IMG/VR virus record: IMGVR_UViG_3300025913_000019
Length of the DNA stretch: 64,000 nt
Direction: 5' to 3' (one strand)
DNA from: a virus
Lineage: Duplodnaviria; Caudoviricetes
Each line of letters starts with the position of its first letter. Position 1 is the stretch's first letter. A model generated the notes under the pieces. The model saw only the letters and a list, made by a program, of their open reading frames with translations. It had not been told where the DNA came from and made no database searches. A program made the translations under genes and the position numbers. Of the stretch, positions 1 to 9,460 are shown in pieces.

Positions 1-138
1 TGTTCCCCAAGGTCCAGGGTGGCTGCACCTTCTGCGCAGGCAAGGACGTGAAGCACTTCCAGTTCAGCGGCAACAAGTACACGCATTCCGGTGCGTGTCT
101 GCCTGTTGCTCACGTCAGCATCAAGGAGGTAAAGCCCC

Positions 139-723
139 GTGGCTACTGAGAAGGTGTGGCTCAAGGTCTCGAAGAAGACGATCGACTCGCTGCCCGACCA
201 GATCGCGTTCCGCCTGAAGCGCCTGCAGTGGAACCCGAGCGGTTTCGTCATCGAGCACGAACGCATGGAGCACAAGATCATCGAGGCCTCGGTCCAGGAC
301 ATGAGCCTGGCCAAGTGGGAAGACAACCCGAAGGCACCGATGACCTACGTGGTGGCGGGGTCGCCTGAGGATGAGGTGGCGAAGTACTTCGCGGCCTACC
401 TCGTGGACGTCCATCGTCAGCGTCTCGGCATCAACGCCAACGTGCACTGGGAGACGGTGTTCAACGGCTACGACAATCCGATCCTGAAGTCGGGCATCAG
501 TCCGACGCTGATCGTGCTCTCGAACCTGAGCGTCAAGTCGAACTTCCTCAAGTACGACAAGGCGAAGGACGTGATCGAACGCTTCCCGTCGATCCCGAAG
601 ATCGTGGTGGTGGCCGGCGAGGACCCCATCAGCTTCGCGGCCCAGCGACTGCATATCCCATGCCACGGCATTGCCTACTTCGCTAATGCCAAAGCTTCCA
701 AGAACGTCCAGGAGATCGTGTGA
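139..723 (+). CDS. Hypothetical protein coupled to the helicase gene (possible degenerate loader)
   Basis: 194-aa ORF; AGGAGG SD upstream; stop overlaps helicase GTG start; no intact Walker A. Confidence 0.6.
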   Translation: MATEKVWLKVSKKTIDSLPDQIAFRLKRLQWNPSGFVIEHERMEHKIIEASVQDMSLAKWEDNPKAPMTYVVAGSPEDEVAKYFAAYLVDVHRQRLGINANVHWETVFNGYDNPILKSGISPTLIVLSNLSVKSNFLKYDKAKDVIERFPSIPKIVVVAGEDPISFAAQRLHIPCHGIAYFANAKASKNVQEIV

Positions 724-2039
724 GGACCAAAACCGTTTCGCCCCGCACCGAGTTGATGGTGCTGCGCGGCATGTGCCACAAGAACCGCGTCATCGCCGGC
801 ACGCTTCTCGGCGGCACCGACGAGAACTACTTCGATACGGTCGAGGCCAAGGAGGTGCTTGCCTCGATCCGCAAGCAGATGGCGACGACCGGAGAACCGC
901 CGCTCTACAAGCTGGTGATCTCCGATCCCGACATCAGCGAAGAGGCACGCGCCTTCTTCAAGGACAGCGAAGCCACGATCCAGTCGAAGGAGGCGGCGGC
1001 CAAGGCGGTGCAGGTCCTGAATCGCTACCGCAAGAACCGTGCGCTCCACGAGATGATGGTGGCGATCGACGCCAGCTTCCAGACTGGCAAGCTCGACACC
1101 GAGGCGATGCTCGAGGAGTGCAGCCGTCGTGTCTCGCAGGCACGGATGTCGAAGGCGGCGAAGAACGAGTTCGTCCACTTCGGCCTCAACAACAACTCGC
1201 TGTCCATCGTCAAGGACTTGCTCTACGGTGACAAGAGCGAGGACGTGCTGCCGACGGGCATCCGCCCCTTCGATGAGAAGGCCGGTGGCCTGCTGCGTGG
1301 TGGTCTCGTCACCATCGGTGCATCATCCGGCGGCGGCAAGTCGCTCATGGCCTGTCAGCTCGCGATCAACTTCGCGCTGCAGGGCTACAAGGTCGTCATC
1401 GTCCCGCTGGAGATGACCAAGGCCGAGATGATCGCGCGTATCGGCGCGAACCTGAACAAGGTGGACGTGACCCGCATCTTGACGGGCAAGCTGACGCAGG
1501 ACGAGAAGGACGCTGCGTTCATCAAGTTCAAGAAGTTCATGAAGAAGATCAAGAGCCTCGGCGGGCGGCTCTCGATCTACAAGCCAGAAGAAGACGTGAC
1601 GATGGAAGACGTGATCGCGGCGGTGAACGCCTACGATTGCGACGTCCGTATCGTCGACTACATCTCGCTGCTGAAGGGTGCTGACGGCGACGACAGCTGG
1701 CAGGCACTGGGTGCGATCGCACGTCTCGCCAAGGTGAACGCAGGTGCGACCAACACGGTCAACATCCTGCTCTGCCAGGTGAACGAGGACGGCAAGGTCC
1801 GCTACGCACGCGCCATCAGCGAGCACTCGAACAACTCGTTCGTGTGGGTGACGAAGAAGGAAGAACGCGAGAAGGAAGTCGGTGTCATCAAGGTCGAGCA
1901 GCCGAAGGCACGGAACAGCGCGAGCTATCCGTTCGAGGTCGGCTTCCACTGGGCCTGGATGAAGCTGGTTGACGTCGAGTCCGTTCCTGACACGAGCACC
2001 GAGACGAAGGAGCACATGACCAACCTCGCAGACGTTTGA
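720..2039 (+). CDS. dnaB: DnaB-like replicative helicase
   Basis: Walker A GASSGGGKS, LEM after VVIVP, Walker B IVDYISLL, LLCQVN, QPKARN arginine-finger region. Confidence 0.85.
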   Translation: MRTKTVSPRTELMVLRGMCHKNRVIAGTLLGGTDENYFDTVEAKEVLASIRKQMATTGEPPLYKLVISDPDISEEARAFFKDSEATIQSKEAAAKAVQVLNRYRKNRALHEMMVAIDASFQTGKLDTEAMLEECSRRVSQARMSKAAKNEFVHFGLNNNSLSIVKDLLYGDKSEDVLPTGIRPFDEKAGGLLRGGLVTIGASSGGGKSLMACQLAINFALQGYKVVIVPLEMTKAEMIARIGANLNKVDVTRILTGKLTQDEKDAAFIKFKKFMKKIKSLGGRLSIYKPEEDVTMEDVIAAVNAYDCDVRIVDYISLLKGADGDDSWQALGAIARLAKVNAGATNTVNILLCQVNEDGKVRYARAISEHSNNSFVWVTKKEEREKEVGVIKVEQPKARNSASYPFEVGFHWAWMKLVDVESVPDTSTETKEHMTNLADV

Positions 2040-2042
2040 CCA

Positions 2043-2372
2043 ATGACCCAAGCAAACCACACCCCGGCCTGGACGGTCCCCGATCGCTACCTGGTGACAC
2101 TCCGCGACATAAACGACCGCATGTGCGGTCGTTACTCGATGCCCATGCCTGATCCGGATGCCAAGGACTACGCGCAGCAGCTGACGGCCTTCGCCGAGTT
2201 CATGCACCTAGAACTCGCGCGCTCCAACTCGAAGCAGCGTCGCTTCTGCACCTTCACCGACTGGACTCGTGCTGTGGAGTACAAGATCACGGCTGGTGCC
2301 GCAGAGGTTGCAACGGTGTGGGCGCTGTTCAAGGCCATCGGCTACGATCACAAGACAAGGAGCTATACGTGA
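2043..2372 (+). CDS. Hypothetical protein
   Basis: 109-aa ORF tightly packed between neighbours. Confidence 0.65.
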   Translation: MTQANHTPAWTVPDRYLVTLRDINDRMCGRYSMPMPDPDAKDYAQQLTAFAEFMHLELARSNSKQRRFCTFTDWTRAVEYKITAGAAEVATVWALFKAIGYDHKTRSYT

Positions 2373-2563
2373 GCAACGTCACCTACGGCATCATCAAGGG
2401 CATCCTACTCGGCCTCATCATCTTCTGCTTCCAGCTCATGAAGGTGCTGCCATCGCACTTCTGGTTCAACGACCTGGTGATCGACGTCGTCGGTGCCATC
2501 TTCGTCTGCATTACCGGCGCGGTCCTGTCTCGAAAGGAACCGGACGATGACAAGCAGCAGTAA
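2369..2563 (+). CDS. Small two-TM membrane protein
   Basis: GTG overlapping upstream TGA, AAGGAG SD; two hydrophobic stretches (GIIKGILLGLIIFCF; LVIDVVGAIFVCITGAVL). Confidence 0.55.
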   Translation: MSNVTYGIIKGILLGLIIFCFQLMKVLPSHFWFNDLVIDVVGAIFVCITGAVLSRKEPDDDKQQ

Positions 2564-3017
2564 GACGAAGGTCTGGATCAGGGACATGCCTCGTCAACTG
2601 ATCGACTACCTGCTGGCGCGTGAGCTGGGCGAGAACGTCTACCTGTACACCGAACCCTTCTGCGGCCAGCAACGTCCGCTGCAGAAGGGCGTGGCCCGCA
2701 GGCAGGGTCCCGGCTGCGATACGCTGCTGACGAGTCCGAGCACGGACCCTCACGTCATCATCGCGCTGATGGAGAGCTACAAAATCTACATCCAGCCGTC
2801 GGGTACGCTCTTCCACGCATTCGTCCGCAACGAGTGCGGCGCCAAGCACGAGTGCTACGGCAAGACCATCATCGATGCCGTGGTCCACACGTTCCTGAAG
2901 TTGAAACTCGGCAACCGACCCGAGATCGACGACGCGATACTCCACGAGATTGATCCGCAGCGCGTATGGACGCGCAGGTCGGATCTCGACAACGCGGCAT
3001 CGGCCCTCAGAGGCTGA
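2547..3017 (+). CDS. Hypothetical protein, DUF2591-like
   Basis: LIDYLLA and SPSTD...IIALMESYKI resemble the DUF2591 pattern (from recall); AAGGA SD. Confidence 0.45.
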   Translation: MTSSSKTKVWIRDMPRQLIDYLLARELGENVYLYTEPFCGQQRPLQKGVARRQGPGCDTLLTSPSTDPHVIIALMESYKIYIQPSGTLFHAFVRNECGAKHECYGKTIIDAVVHTFLKLKLGNRPEIDDAILHEIDPQRVWTRRSDLDNAASALRG

Positions 3018-3047
3018 GACCTTCACACCACAGAGCTAGGATCAAAC

Positions 3048-4454
3048 ATGGACTTCTTCTCTCACGGTTCGCCGCTGCACCAGCTGGCGACCGGTACCGG
3101 CCTCATGGCTGTATTCGCTGTCATCGCTGCCGGCTGGTCTCGCGTCAAGAGCTTCGGCTCGTACATCTCCAGCGCTCTCGTGCTTCACCGCCGGATCGAA
3201 GGTCGTTACATGAGCCGAATCGTCGGCAAGTACATCCGCGAGCACTACAAGCCGCTGCCGTCGGGCTCCATGATCTTCACCCACGTCAGCGCCAAGATCG
3301 AGGGCGACGCTCTGTGGTCGGACGTACCGTTCGAGATGCATGGCTCAGCCGGTGTCTGGCGTGGACCCCGAGGCATCTTCTTCGTCAATGTCGACGGAGG
3401 GCTCAAGCTCCTGTCGTTGCGCGGCTTCTCTGACCCGAAGGGCTTGATCGCCGACGCCATCAAGACCTCGAACACGCGACGCAATGCCGACTACCTGAAA
3501 GAGGCGGCACGTGCATCGAACTTCCGTGTCGTCCCGGTCATGGGAACTGTCGGCGAGGCCATGTCCGACCTCTTCAAACGTGATCGCTCCAGTGAGGCCA
3601 GCACATCGGTCTCGCCGGCTCCGAATTCTGGCGGGCTGAAGAGCGAAGACGACTGGTGGATCGATCCGGACCTGCGCTTCGACGAGTCGTTCATGTACGC
3701 GCGCGACGAGTACTTGAAGGACCAAGGGCGAGTCGATCCGTTCAAGGGCCTCTTCTACCCGGAAGAGGTCTACGCGATGATCGAGACCCTGAAGTCCTGG
3801 TACAACGAGCGCACGTGGTACGAGGAACACAACGTGCCCTGGCGCACGGGTGTCCTGACAGAAGGTCCCGGCGGCACCGGCAAGTCGAGCCTGTCCAAGG
3901 CCGTGGCGATGGAACTCGGCATCCCTCTCTACCAGTACTACCTCAACACCTTCAACGACCGTGACTTCGTCACCAAGTGGGGTGAGATGGAGACGCCGTG
4001 CGTGGTCGCGCTCGAGGACTTCGACACCGTGTTCCACGGACGCGAGTGTGTCACGGTCCACAAGAGCCTGAGCTTCGAGTGCGTGCTGAACCAGATCAGT
4101 GGCATCAGTTCGAAGTCGGGGATCTTGCTCATGGTGACGACGAACCACATCGAGCACGTCGACCCGGCCCTCGGACGCCTCGATGAACAGGGCAGGCCGA
4201 CACGACCGGGTCGCATCGACCACATCCTGCACATGGGCAACACGACCGAGAAGCAACGTCGTGACATCGCGAACTACACGCTCAACGACACGGCGCCGGA
4301 CATGATCGAAGAGCTCGTGGCCGCGAACGTGGATACGACGGCCGCGCAGTTCCAGGCCGCGTGCATCCACGTCGCGCTGGAGCGCAAGGCCGGTTTCGGC
4401 CGCAAGAACGCGGGCGCCGAAAACGTGGTTCCGCTGCATCGCACGGGCACCTGA
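3048..4454 (+). CDS. BCS1-like AAA+ ATPase with N-terminal TM segment
   Basis: GVLTEGPGGTGKS, ALEDFD, VTTNH sensor 1, RPGRID; hydrophobic N-terminus. Confidence 0.85.
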   Translation: MDFFSHGSPLHQLATGTGLMAVFAVIAAGWSRVKSFGSYISSALVLHRRIEGRYMSRIVGKYIREHYKPLPSGSMIFTHVSAKIEGDALWSDVPFEMHGSAGVWRGPRGIFFVNVDGGLKLLSLRGFSDPKGLIADAIKTSNTRRNADYLKEAARASNFRVVPVMGTVGEAMSDLFKRDRSSEASTSVSPAPNSGGLKSEDDWWIDPDLRFDESFMYARDEYLKDQGRVDPFKGLFYPEEVYAMIETLKSWYNERTWYEEHNVPWRTGVLTEGPGGTGKSSLSKAVAMELGIPLYQYYLNTFNDRDFVTKWGEMETPCVVALEDFDTVFHGRECVTVHKSLSFECVLNQISGISSKSGILLMVTTNHIEHVDPALGRLDEQGRPTRPGRIDHILHMGNTTEKQRRDIANYTLNDTAPDMIEELVAANVDTTAAQFQAACIHVALERKAGFGRKNAGAENVVPLHRTGT

Positions 4455-4542
4455 AAAGGGCGGAAAAGAGGTACTCCCTGCTGCAGCAGGACACCTGTTT
4501 TCTGGTCGAAAACGGGCGTTGTGAGCCAGGACTCAGGCAAAG

Positions 4543-4580
4543 AAAAGGGCCGCACAGAATCACTTCTGTGCGGCCCTTTT
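4543..4580. terminator. Bidirectional rho-independent terminator
   Basis: Perfect 17-bp inverted repeat AAAAGGGCCGCACAGAA-TCAC-TTCTGTGCGGCCCTTTT between convergent genes. Confidence 0.85.
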
Positions 4581-4597
4581 GCCATCTGCTGTACGGT

Positions 4598-4665
4598 GAA
4601 AAAGAAGCTGGGGCTTCGCTAGGATGCAACTCGCCGGGCCGCGTGTGAAACGACCAAGCCCCAGC
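4598..4665 (-). terminator. Second terminator-like stem after minus-strand block
   Basis: GCTGGGGCTT (4607-4616) pairs with AAGCCCCAGC (4656-4665); U-rich tract follows on minus strand; long interior. Confidence 0.45.
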
Positions 4666-4680
4666 AAACACCACACTCGG

Positions 4681-5004
4681 TCAGAACCTCTCGAACCACG
4701 CGGGGTCCGGTTCCGATTCTTTCGGCCAGTCCGGGATCGGATGCAGGCCGCGCAATTCGTGGGCCGTCGTGTCCGGCAGGAAGTTGATCTGACCATCGGT
4801 CACGAACGAGTGACAGACGGTCTCTGCCTTGCGACGCGAACTCGTGACCAGCAGAGACGGCTGGAACGTCGGCTTCGTCGTGTCACCGTTGAAGGTCCAC
4901 GGGTTCGGGTGCGGCTCGACGGCAATGACGTGACTGGTGCGACAGCCGGGACACCAGAGGTAGACGCGCGTCGGGTTCCTGATCTCACGCCTGAGGATGC
5001 TCAC
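4681..5004 (-). CDS. DUF6527-like Cys/His protein
   Basis: CPGC..H, WTFNG...PTFQPS, CHSFVTDGQI.FL.D..H pattern. Confidence 0.7.
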   Translation of the reverse strand: MSILRREIRNPTRVYLWCPGCRTSHVIAVEPHPNPWTFNGDTTKPTFQPSLLVTSSRRKAETVCHSFVTDGQINFLPDTTAHELRGLHPIPDWPKESEPDPAWFERF

Positions 5005-5468
5005 TTATTGTCCTCGGACAACTGGTTGAGCTTGCGCAGCGCCAGGCTGAACTTCATCCACCAGGCGGTGTAGGCTTCGACCTCCTTGTCCACCCGCTGC
5101 GCGAATCCTTCCGCGTAGTTGATGATCTTGCCGATGTCAGCGATCTCCTTCTGGTCGATGCCGTACACCACATCTTCCATGTGCTCGCTGAAGCTCAGCT
5201 CCGGCTTGGCGCTGAAGTCCAGGTCGAGAGACTTGGAACCCTTGCCCTTTTCGTTGAGACTGATGTCGAACGTGACGACTCGGTTCTCGCCGAACGTGAC
5301 TTCGCACGAACAGGCCAGGTCACCCCAGGCATCGACCTCGATCTTGACCTTCAGACCGGAGGACGCGAAGGCCTGCTCGACGGCCGCCTTCGCGTCCTCG
5401 GCAGAACCCTGCGGCTTGGCCTCGAGTCGCTGCATTTCCTGCAGCCGGGCCTTCGCTTGGATGTCCAT
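5001..5468 (-). CDS. Putative internal virion protein with LxAKxRL signal
   Basis: Starts MDIQAKARLQ; AAGGAG SD. Confidence 0.7.
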   Translation of the reverse strand: MDIQAKARLQEMQRLEAKPQGSAEDAKAAVEQAFASSGLKVKIEVDAWGDLACSCEVTFGENRVVTFDISLNEKGKGSKSLDLDFSAKPELSFSEHMEDVVYGIDQKEIADIGKIINYAEGFAQRVDKEVEAYTAWWMKFSLALRKLNQLSEDNK

Positions 5469-5478
5469 CTCGTTCTCC

Positions 5479-5778
5479 TTAGAGCGCGACGTAGAGGATC
5501 GATTCCTTCTGGAACCAGTGCTCGATCTCCAGGTACTCGCCGTTGCCGTCCGGGTAGTACTGGCGTCCCTTGTGCGGGACCTTTTCCAGAGCCTCGGGCT
5601 TGAACGGCGCCTCGAAGTAGATCGCGGCTTCGTCGGTGCCGAGACGCTCGACGCCCTTGAGGCCGACGCCCAGCTTCTGCGCCATCGACTGCGCGAGGTG
5701 CTTGAGGTGATCCGGCATGTCGTCGGCCATGATCTTGAAAGCCGAGAGTCGCGCCTTCGCTTGCAGTTGGATTTCCAT
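5479..5778 (-). CDS. Putative internal virion protein with LxAKxRL signal
   Basis: Starts MEIQLQAKARLSA at 5778; GGAG SD. Confidence 0.7.
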   Translation of the reverse strand: MEIQLQAKARLSAFKIMADDMPDHLKHLAQSMAQKLGVGLKGVERLGTDEAAIYFEAPFKPEALEKVPHKGRQYYPDGNGEYLEIEHWFQKESILYVAL

Positions 5779-5803
5779 TCTGTTCTCCGCTTCGGATGTG
5801 GAA

Positions 5804-5824
5804 GCGGGGCCGCTAGGGCCCCGC
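5804..5824 (-). other. Intergenic hairpin with CUAGC loop
   Basis: GCGGGGCC-GCTAG-GGCCCCGC. Confidence 0.6.
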
Positions 5825-5832
5825 ATCGGAGA

Positions 5833-6585
5833 TCAGGCGAACGTGCCTTCGTTGACCTGGCGGATGGTCTCGCGCATGTACTCGGGGTCGTAGCTGTAGA
5901 GACGCGTCCAGTAGGCGTTGGCCACCTTCTTTTCCTCGGGCGTCAGGCTCGCCATGACAGCCGCGTGGACACCGGCGTCGATCTGCACCGGGGTGATGGA
6001 CACCACGTTGTCGTAGTCGACGGTGGCCACGGCCTTGCGCGCGAACGACACGACCTTGACCTTGTCGTCCGAAGACGCGACGGTGAAGCCGTGATCGACG
6101 TCGCCTTCGGCGTCGACGAAGGCCACCAGCTCGTTGCGGCCGGCCTTGGCGATGGTCAGCTGCGACAGGCGCGGGACATCGGGACGGGCGAGACGCGAGG
6201 CCTGCACCAGCGCCGTCAGGTCTTCCTGGCCGTGGCGGGCGAGGAACTTGTTGCCGCCGGCACCCTGGCGCACTTCCCACAGCGACTTGTCGGCGTCGTC
6301 CATGAGCATGTTCGAGCCCATGACGCGGTAGCTGGCCTTGAGCTCCTTCTCGGTGACGACGCGGATCGCACGGTTCGCCTTGACGAAGCCGACGGCGACG
6401 CCTTCCTTGATCTTCTTCACCGACGACTTGACCAGCGAGACCTGGTTGTCGAAGATGCGGGCGACTTCGTCGTGCATGAAGTCGCGGCCGAACTTGCCGG
6501 TGTAGCTGAGGATCACCTTGGCCAGCGTCGGGGTCTTGACGCGGTAGTCGGTGATGGCGACGGTGTTGGTCTGGAAATCGGACAT
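5833..6585 (-). CDS. Hypothetical, probably virion-associated protein
   Basis: 250-aa ORF, GC3-rich codons, downstream of AATTTCAT motif. Confidence 0.75.
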   Translation of the reverse strand: MSDFQTNTVAITDYRVKTPTLAKVILSYTGKFGRDFMHDEVARIFDNQVSLVKSSVKKIKEGVAVGFVKANRAIRVVTEKELKASYRVMGSNMLMDDADKSLWEVRQGAGGNKFLARHGQEDLTALVQASRLARPDVPRLSQLTIAKAGRNELVAFVDAEGDVDHGFTVASSDDKVKVVSFARKAVATVDYDNVVSITPVQIDAGVHAAVMASLTPEEKKVANAYWTRLYSYDPEYMRETIRQVNEGTFA

Positions 6586-6655
6586 GGAGTTTCTCCGTTG
6601 TGACTGGTTAGACAGAATGAGAGGCTATCCGATACGGGAGTCGCCTTGGTACGCG

Positions 6656-6669
6656 ATGAAATTGCGGTC
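6656..6669 (-). promoter_or_regulatory. Candidate late promoter GACCGCAATTTCAT
   Basis: Identical 14-mer also at 21187-21200; both intergenic, 58-71 nt upstream of starts. Confidence 0.6.
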
Positions 6670-6670
6670 T

Positions 6671-6925
6671 TCAGATCGGGAGCTGACGGTCGCGGTCGGC
6701 CTTGTACGCGTCGGCGCAGTGCGTCCTGGAGAAGGCCAGGCCGTTGATGATGTACATCATGAACCCGAACTTCTTCTTGTCGCGGTGCTTGCGGAACGCC
6801 ACCGACGACATCGTCTCCCACGGGTTGCCGCGGAGGAACAGGGCGTTGGCCAGGTAGTCGAGGCAGATGAAGACGCCGAACAGGTAGTGCTTGAGAGCCA
6901 GCCAGATGGCCTTGAGCTTGGTCAC
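6671..6925 (-). CDS. Small hypothetical phage protein with N-terminal hydrophobic segment
   Basis: GTG overlapping upstream stop, AAGGAG SD; DYLANAL..GNPWETMSS...HC pattern. Confidence 0.6.
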   Translation of the reverse strand: MTKLKAIWLALKHYLFGVFICLDYLANALFLRGNPWETMSSVAFRKHRDKKKFGFMMYIINGLAFSRTHCADAYKADRDRQLPI

Positions 6926-7902
6926 TTGTGTGCTCCTTGATGCTTGGGGAGGATGAGCTTGTGCTCGCGCCCGAATTTCGTACCCGGGTATTTCTTCATG
7001 TAGGCCTTGCGATCCTCGGCAGGCAGCGAGTGGAACCACTTGTGGGTCCGACCGTGCGGCTCCTTCGGATCGATGACGAGCGCGCCGTGCAGCGGCTGCG
7101 GCATGTGCTCGTAGTTGATCTTGAGGTGCAGCTTCTTTGCCGCCGCGTAGAAGAGCGCGACCATGAGGGATGCAGCGTCGCCCGAGTGGGAGCCGAGGAA
7201 GTGCAGCAGTCCTTCCACATGAGAGGCGCCGTAGGCCGTGATGCCGAGACCACCGGACGCGAGACCGAACAGCAGGACACTGATGTCCTTCAGGCCCTGC
7301 TTGGAGGCGAACATGTCGGCCAGGCTGTAGTCACCCTTGACGCAGTTGATGACCGCGTCGACGATGCCCAGGTCGTAGTCTGCGTCACCGGTCGACGACG
7401 CGTGAAGGAATCCCCACACGAGGAAACCTGCGACTGCAAGACCCGTGACCTTGGTCAGCACCGGGTGGCGATGGATCACTTCGTCCAGCTTCTTCACGCG
7501 CTCGTGGACATCGAGATGCTGCATCAACTTCGAGGAACCGAAGGTCTCGATCAGATCATCGAAGGCCGCGAACAACGCGGTCGCCGGAAGTGCCATCGCC
7601 TTCTTGACGGCCTTGAGTAGCTTGGCGATCGAGAAGCCCACACCCTTCAGGAGTCGGAACACCGACTTCTCTTTGAAGGCCTGGACGATGGAGTCCCAGC
7701 CGATGTGAGCCGACTCGGCCAGCAGTGCTCCGACTTCCTTCAGCTCGGACCACAGCTTCTTCAGTGCACCCGGCACCTTGAACTCGAAGGCTTGCAGCTC
7801 GTGCGGATCACGCGCCAGGGCTTCGACCACTGTCGCGTACTTCTCATAGGTGACGTCGGCCGCCTCCATGAGCATGAGGCGCGTCTCAGCTTCGAGTTTC
7901 AT
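6922..7902 (-). CDS. Membrane-associated protein with variant signal (MKLEAETRL)
   Basis: 326 aa from ATG 7902; hydrophobic segments VTGLAVAGFLVWGFL, ISVLLFGLASGGLGITAY, AASLMVALFYAA. Confidence 0.7.
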   Translation of the reverse strand: MKLEAETRLMLMEAADVTYEKYATVVEALARDPHELQAFEFKVPGALKKLWSELKEVGALLAESAHIGWDSIVQAFKEKSVFRLLKGVGFSIAKLLKAVKKAMALPATALFAAFDDLIETFGSSKLMQHLDVHERVKKLDEVIHRHPVLTKVTGLAVAGFLVWGFLHASSTGDADYDLGIVDAVINCVKGDYSLADMFASKQGLKDISVLLFGLASGGLGITAYGASHVEGLLHFLGSHSGDAASLMVALFYAAAKKLHLKINYEHMPQPLHGALVIDPKEPHGRTHKWFHSLPAEDRKAYMKKYPGTKFGREHKLILPKHQGAHK

Positions 7903-7903
7903 C

Positions 7904-8755
7904 TCAGGCATTCCACCAGTTGGGTTCGACCATGAAAAAGGAGACGATGGCTTCGGGCGGCACGGGCACGGTGATGAACTTGAACTCCGGCTCATCGACC
8001 AGCTCGTCCTGGTACAGCACCGCGCCGGGGACCTTCGCGAGATCGATCGTGACCGCACGATACTGCGCGTTGACAGCACGAAGTTTCGACTCATCGAACT
8101 CGCCCCACTCCTCCAGCGACCAGCGCTTGGACAGCAGCATGCCCATGACCTGGGACACGACTTCGGGCTTCTTCGACATCGTCAGGAAGATCGAGGGCTT
8201 GCCGTACTTGAGGCTGCCCTTCCACAGGCCCTGGCCTTCTTTCGTCAGCTTCAGGCCTTCGCGCTCGATCTTGCGCACGTTCTTGCCTTCGGTGAAGTGG
8301 TAAGCCAGCTGTTGCTTGGCGGCTTTCAGCTGCTTCGGGACCGGGAACGTGCCGGCGATCGTCACCAGCTTGTGAATCACGTTCGGCTGCTCGAGCTCGA
8401 AGTGGATGCCCGTCTTCTTCAGGATCGCGAGGCAACGTCGAACCAGCTCGTTCGCAGCCTCCACACCGTCCCAGCTCTTGGTGCGAGTGAAGAGCCGCAG
8501 CGCTTCGTTCGTGATCTCGCGTGGCGTCTCGACGAAGAGCTGTGCCACGCCATGCTGGACCTCACCGATGGAGATGGCCCACGAGCTGGACTCGAAGTCG
8601 AAGTACAGGATGGTGGGGTAGATCCCGGCGCTGTGCTGCGGCTGCACCTTGAGCCCCACCTTGTGGAGCGCTTCAGCGACCCGCGTGCGGATCACATCGG
8701 TCAGCTCGGACGTTGGCGCGAACGCCAACAGACGGGACTTGGCTTGCAGCTTCAT
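7904..8755 (-). CDS. Putative internal virion protein with LxAKxRL signal
   Basis: Starts MKLQAKSRLLA. Confidence 0.75.
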   Translation of the reverse strand: MKLQAKSRLLAFAPTSELTDVIRTRVAEALHKVGLKVQPQHSAGIYPTILYFDFESSSWAISIGEVQHGVAQLFVETPREITNEALRLFTRTKSWDGVEAANELVRRCLAILKKTGIHFELEQPNVIHKLVTIAGTFPVPKQLKAAKQQLAYHFTEGKNVRKIEREGLKLTKEGQGLWKGSLKYGKPSIFLTMSKKPEVVSQVMGMLLSKRWSLEEWGEFDESKLRAVNAQYRAVTIDLAKVPGAVLYQDELVDEPEFKFITVPVPPEAIVSFFMVEPNWWNA

Positions 8756-8757
8756 CG

Positions 8758-9450
8758 TCAGGTCCTGGTTGTGTATGTACGACCTTCGAGGTCAGGGGTG
8801 AGGACACCCGACTGGAGGAAGCCGTGGTACGTGTTCGTGTCGATGCTGGGGCTCGCAGTCAGGTACGGTGCATCGCCCGTGATGGTCCAGCCGGGACCCC
8901 ATTGATTCGGTTGACCGCGGATCGTGGACTTCTGATCCACGACCCAGTGCGTGTTGTCGGGCAGCACCACCGTCAGGGGCTTGCGCCTGCCGCGCCACTG
9001 CTGACGGTAGTAGTCGCTGAGCAGGTCGGACATGTGCTCTTCATCGTCGAGCCAGTCCGCGCTGTAGATGGCGCCAGGTGACCCCACCTGATATGCGTTC
9101 GAGCCTTCCTTGCCCGTGCGCGGATTGCGGTACCAGCGAGTCGGATGGGAAGACCATGCGTCCGACTCGTCAGCCTTGAAGGCCATGCCGCAGCCGTCGC
9201 AGCACAGCTGGACGCGCTTGTCACTCAGCTGCACGTAGAGGGTGTCGTCGGCGCCCGTGAAGACGTTGGAGAGACCGAAGCCGACAGGCACCTGGATCTC
9301 TGCACGATGGAGGCGACCGGGCATCTTCGGGCATGCTCGCTGTTCGGCTGGAACGGAGCCGCCGCGCAGTTCGCTCTTCAGCGAAGCGCATACGAACGCG
9401 GTCTCGCGCTCCACGACTTCGAGCATGAAACACTGGATGGGGTCGCTCAT
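8758..9450 (-). CDS. Cys-rich protein with C-terminal DUF6527-like domain
   Basis: ATG 9450 with AAGGAGG SD; CPKMPG..H, CDGC; GWTITG..P.LTASPSI....YHGFL..G. Confidence 0.6.
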   Translation of the reverse strand: MSDPIQCFMLEVVERETAFVCASLKSELRGGSVPAEQRACPKMPGRLHRAEIQVPVGFGLSNVFTGADDTLYVQLSDKRVQLCCDGCGMAFKADESDAWSSHPTRWYRNPRTGKEGSNAYQVGSPGAIYSADWLDDEEHMSDLLSDYYRQQWRGRRKPLTVVLPDNTHWVVDQKSTIRGQPNQWGPGWTITGDAPYLTASPSIDTNTYHGFLQSGVLTPDLEGRTYTTRT

Positions 9451-9460
9451 CGTGTCCTCC

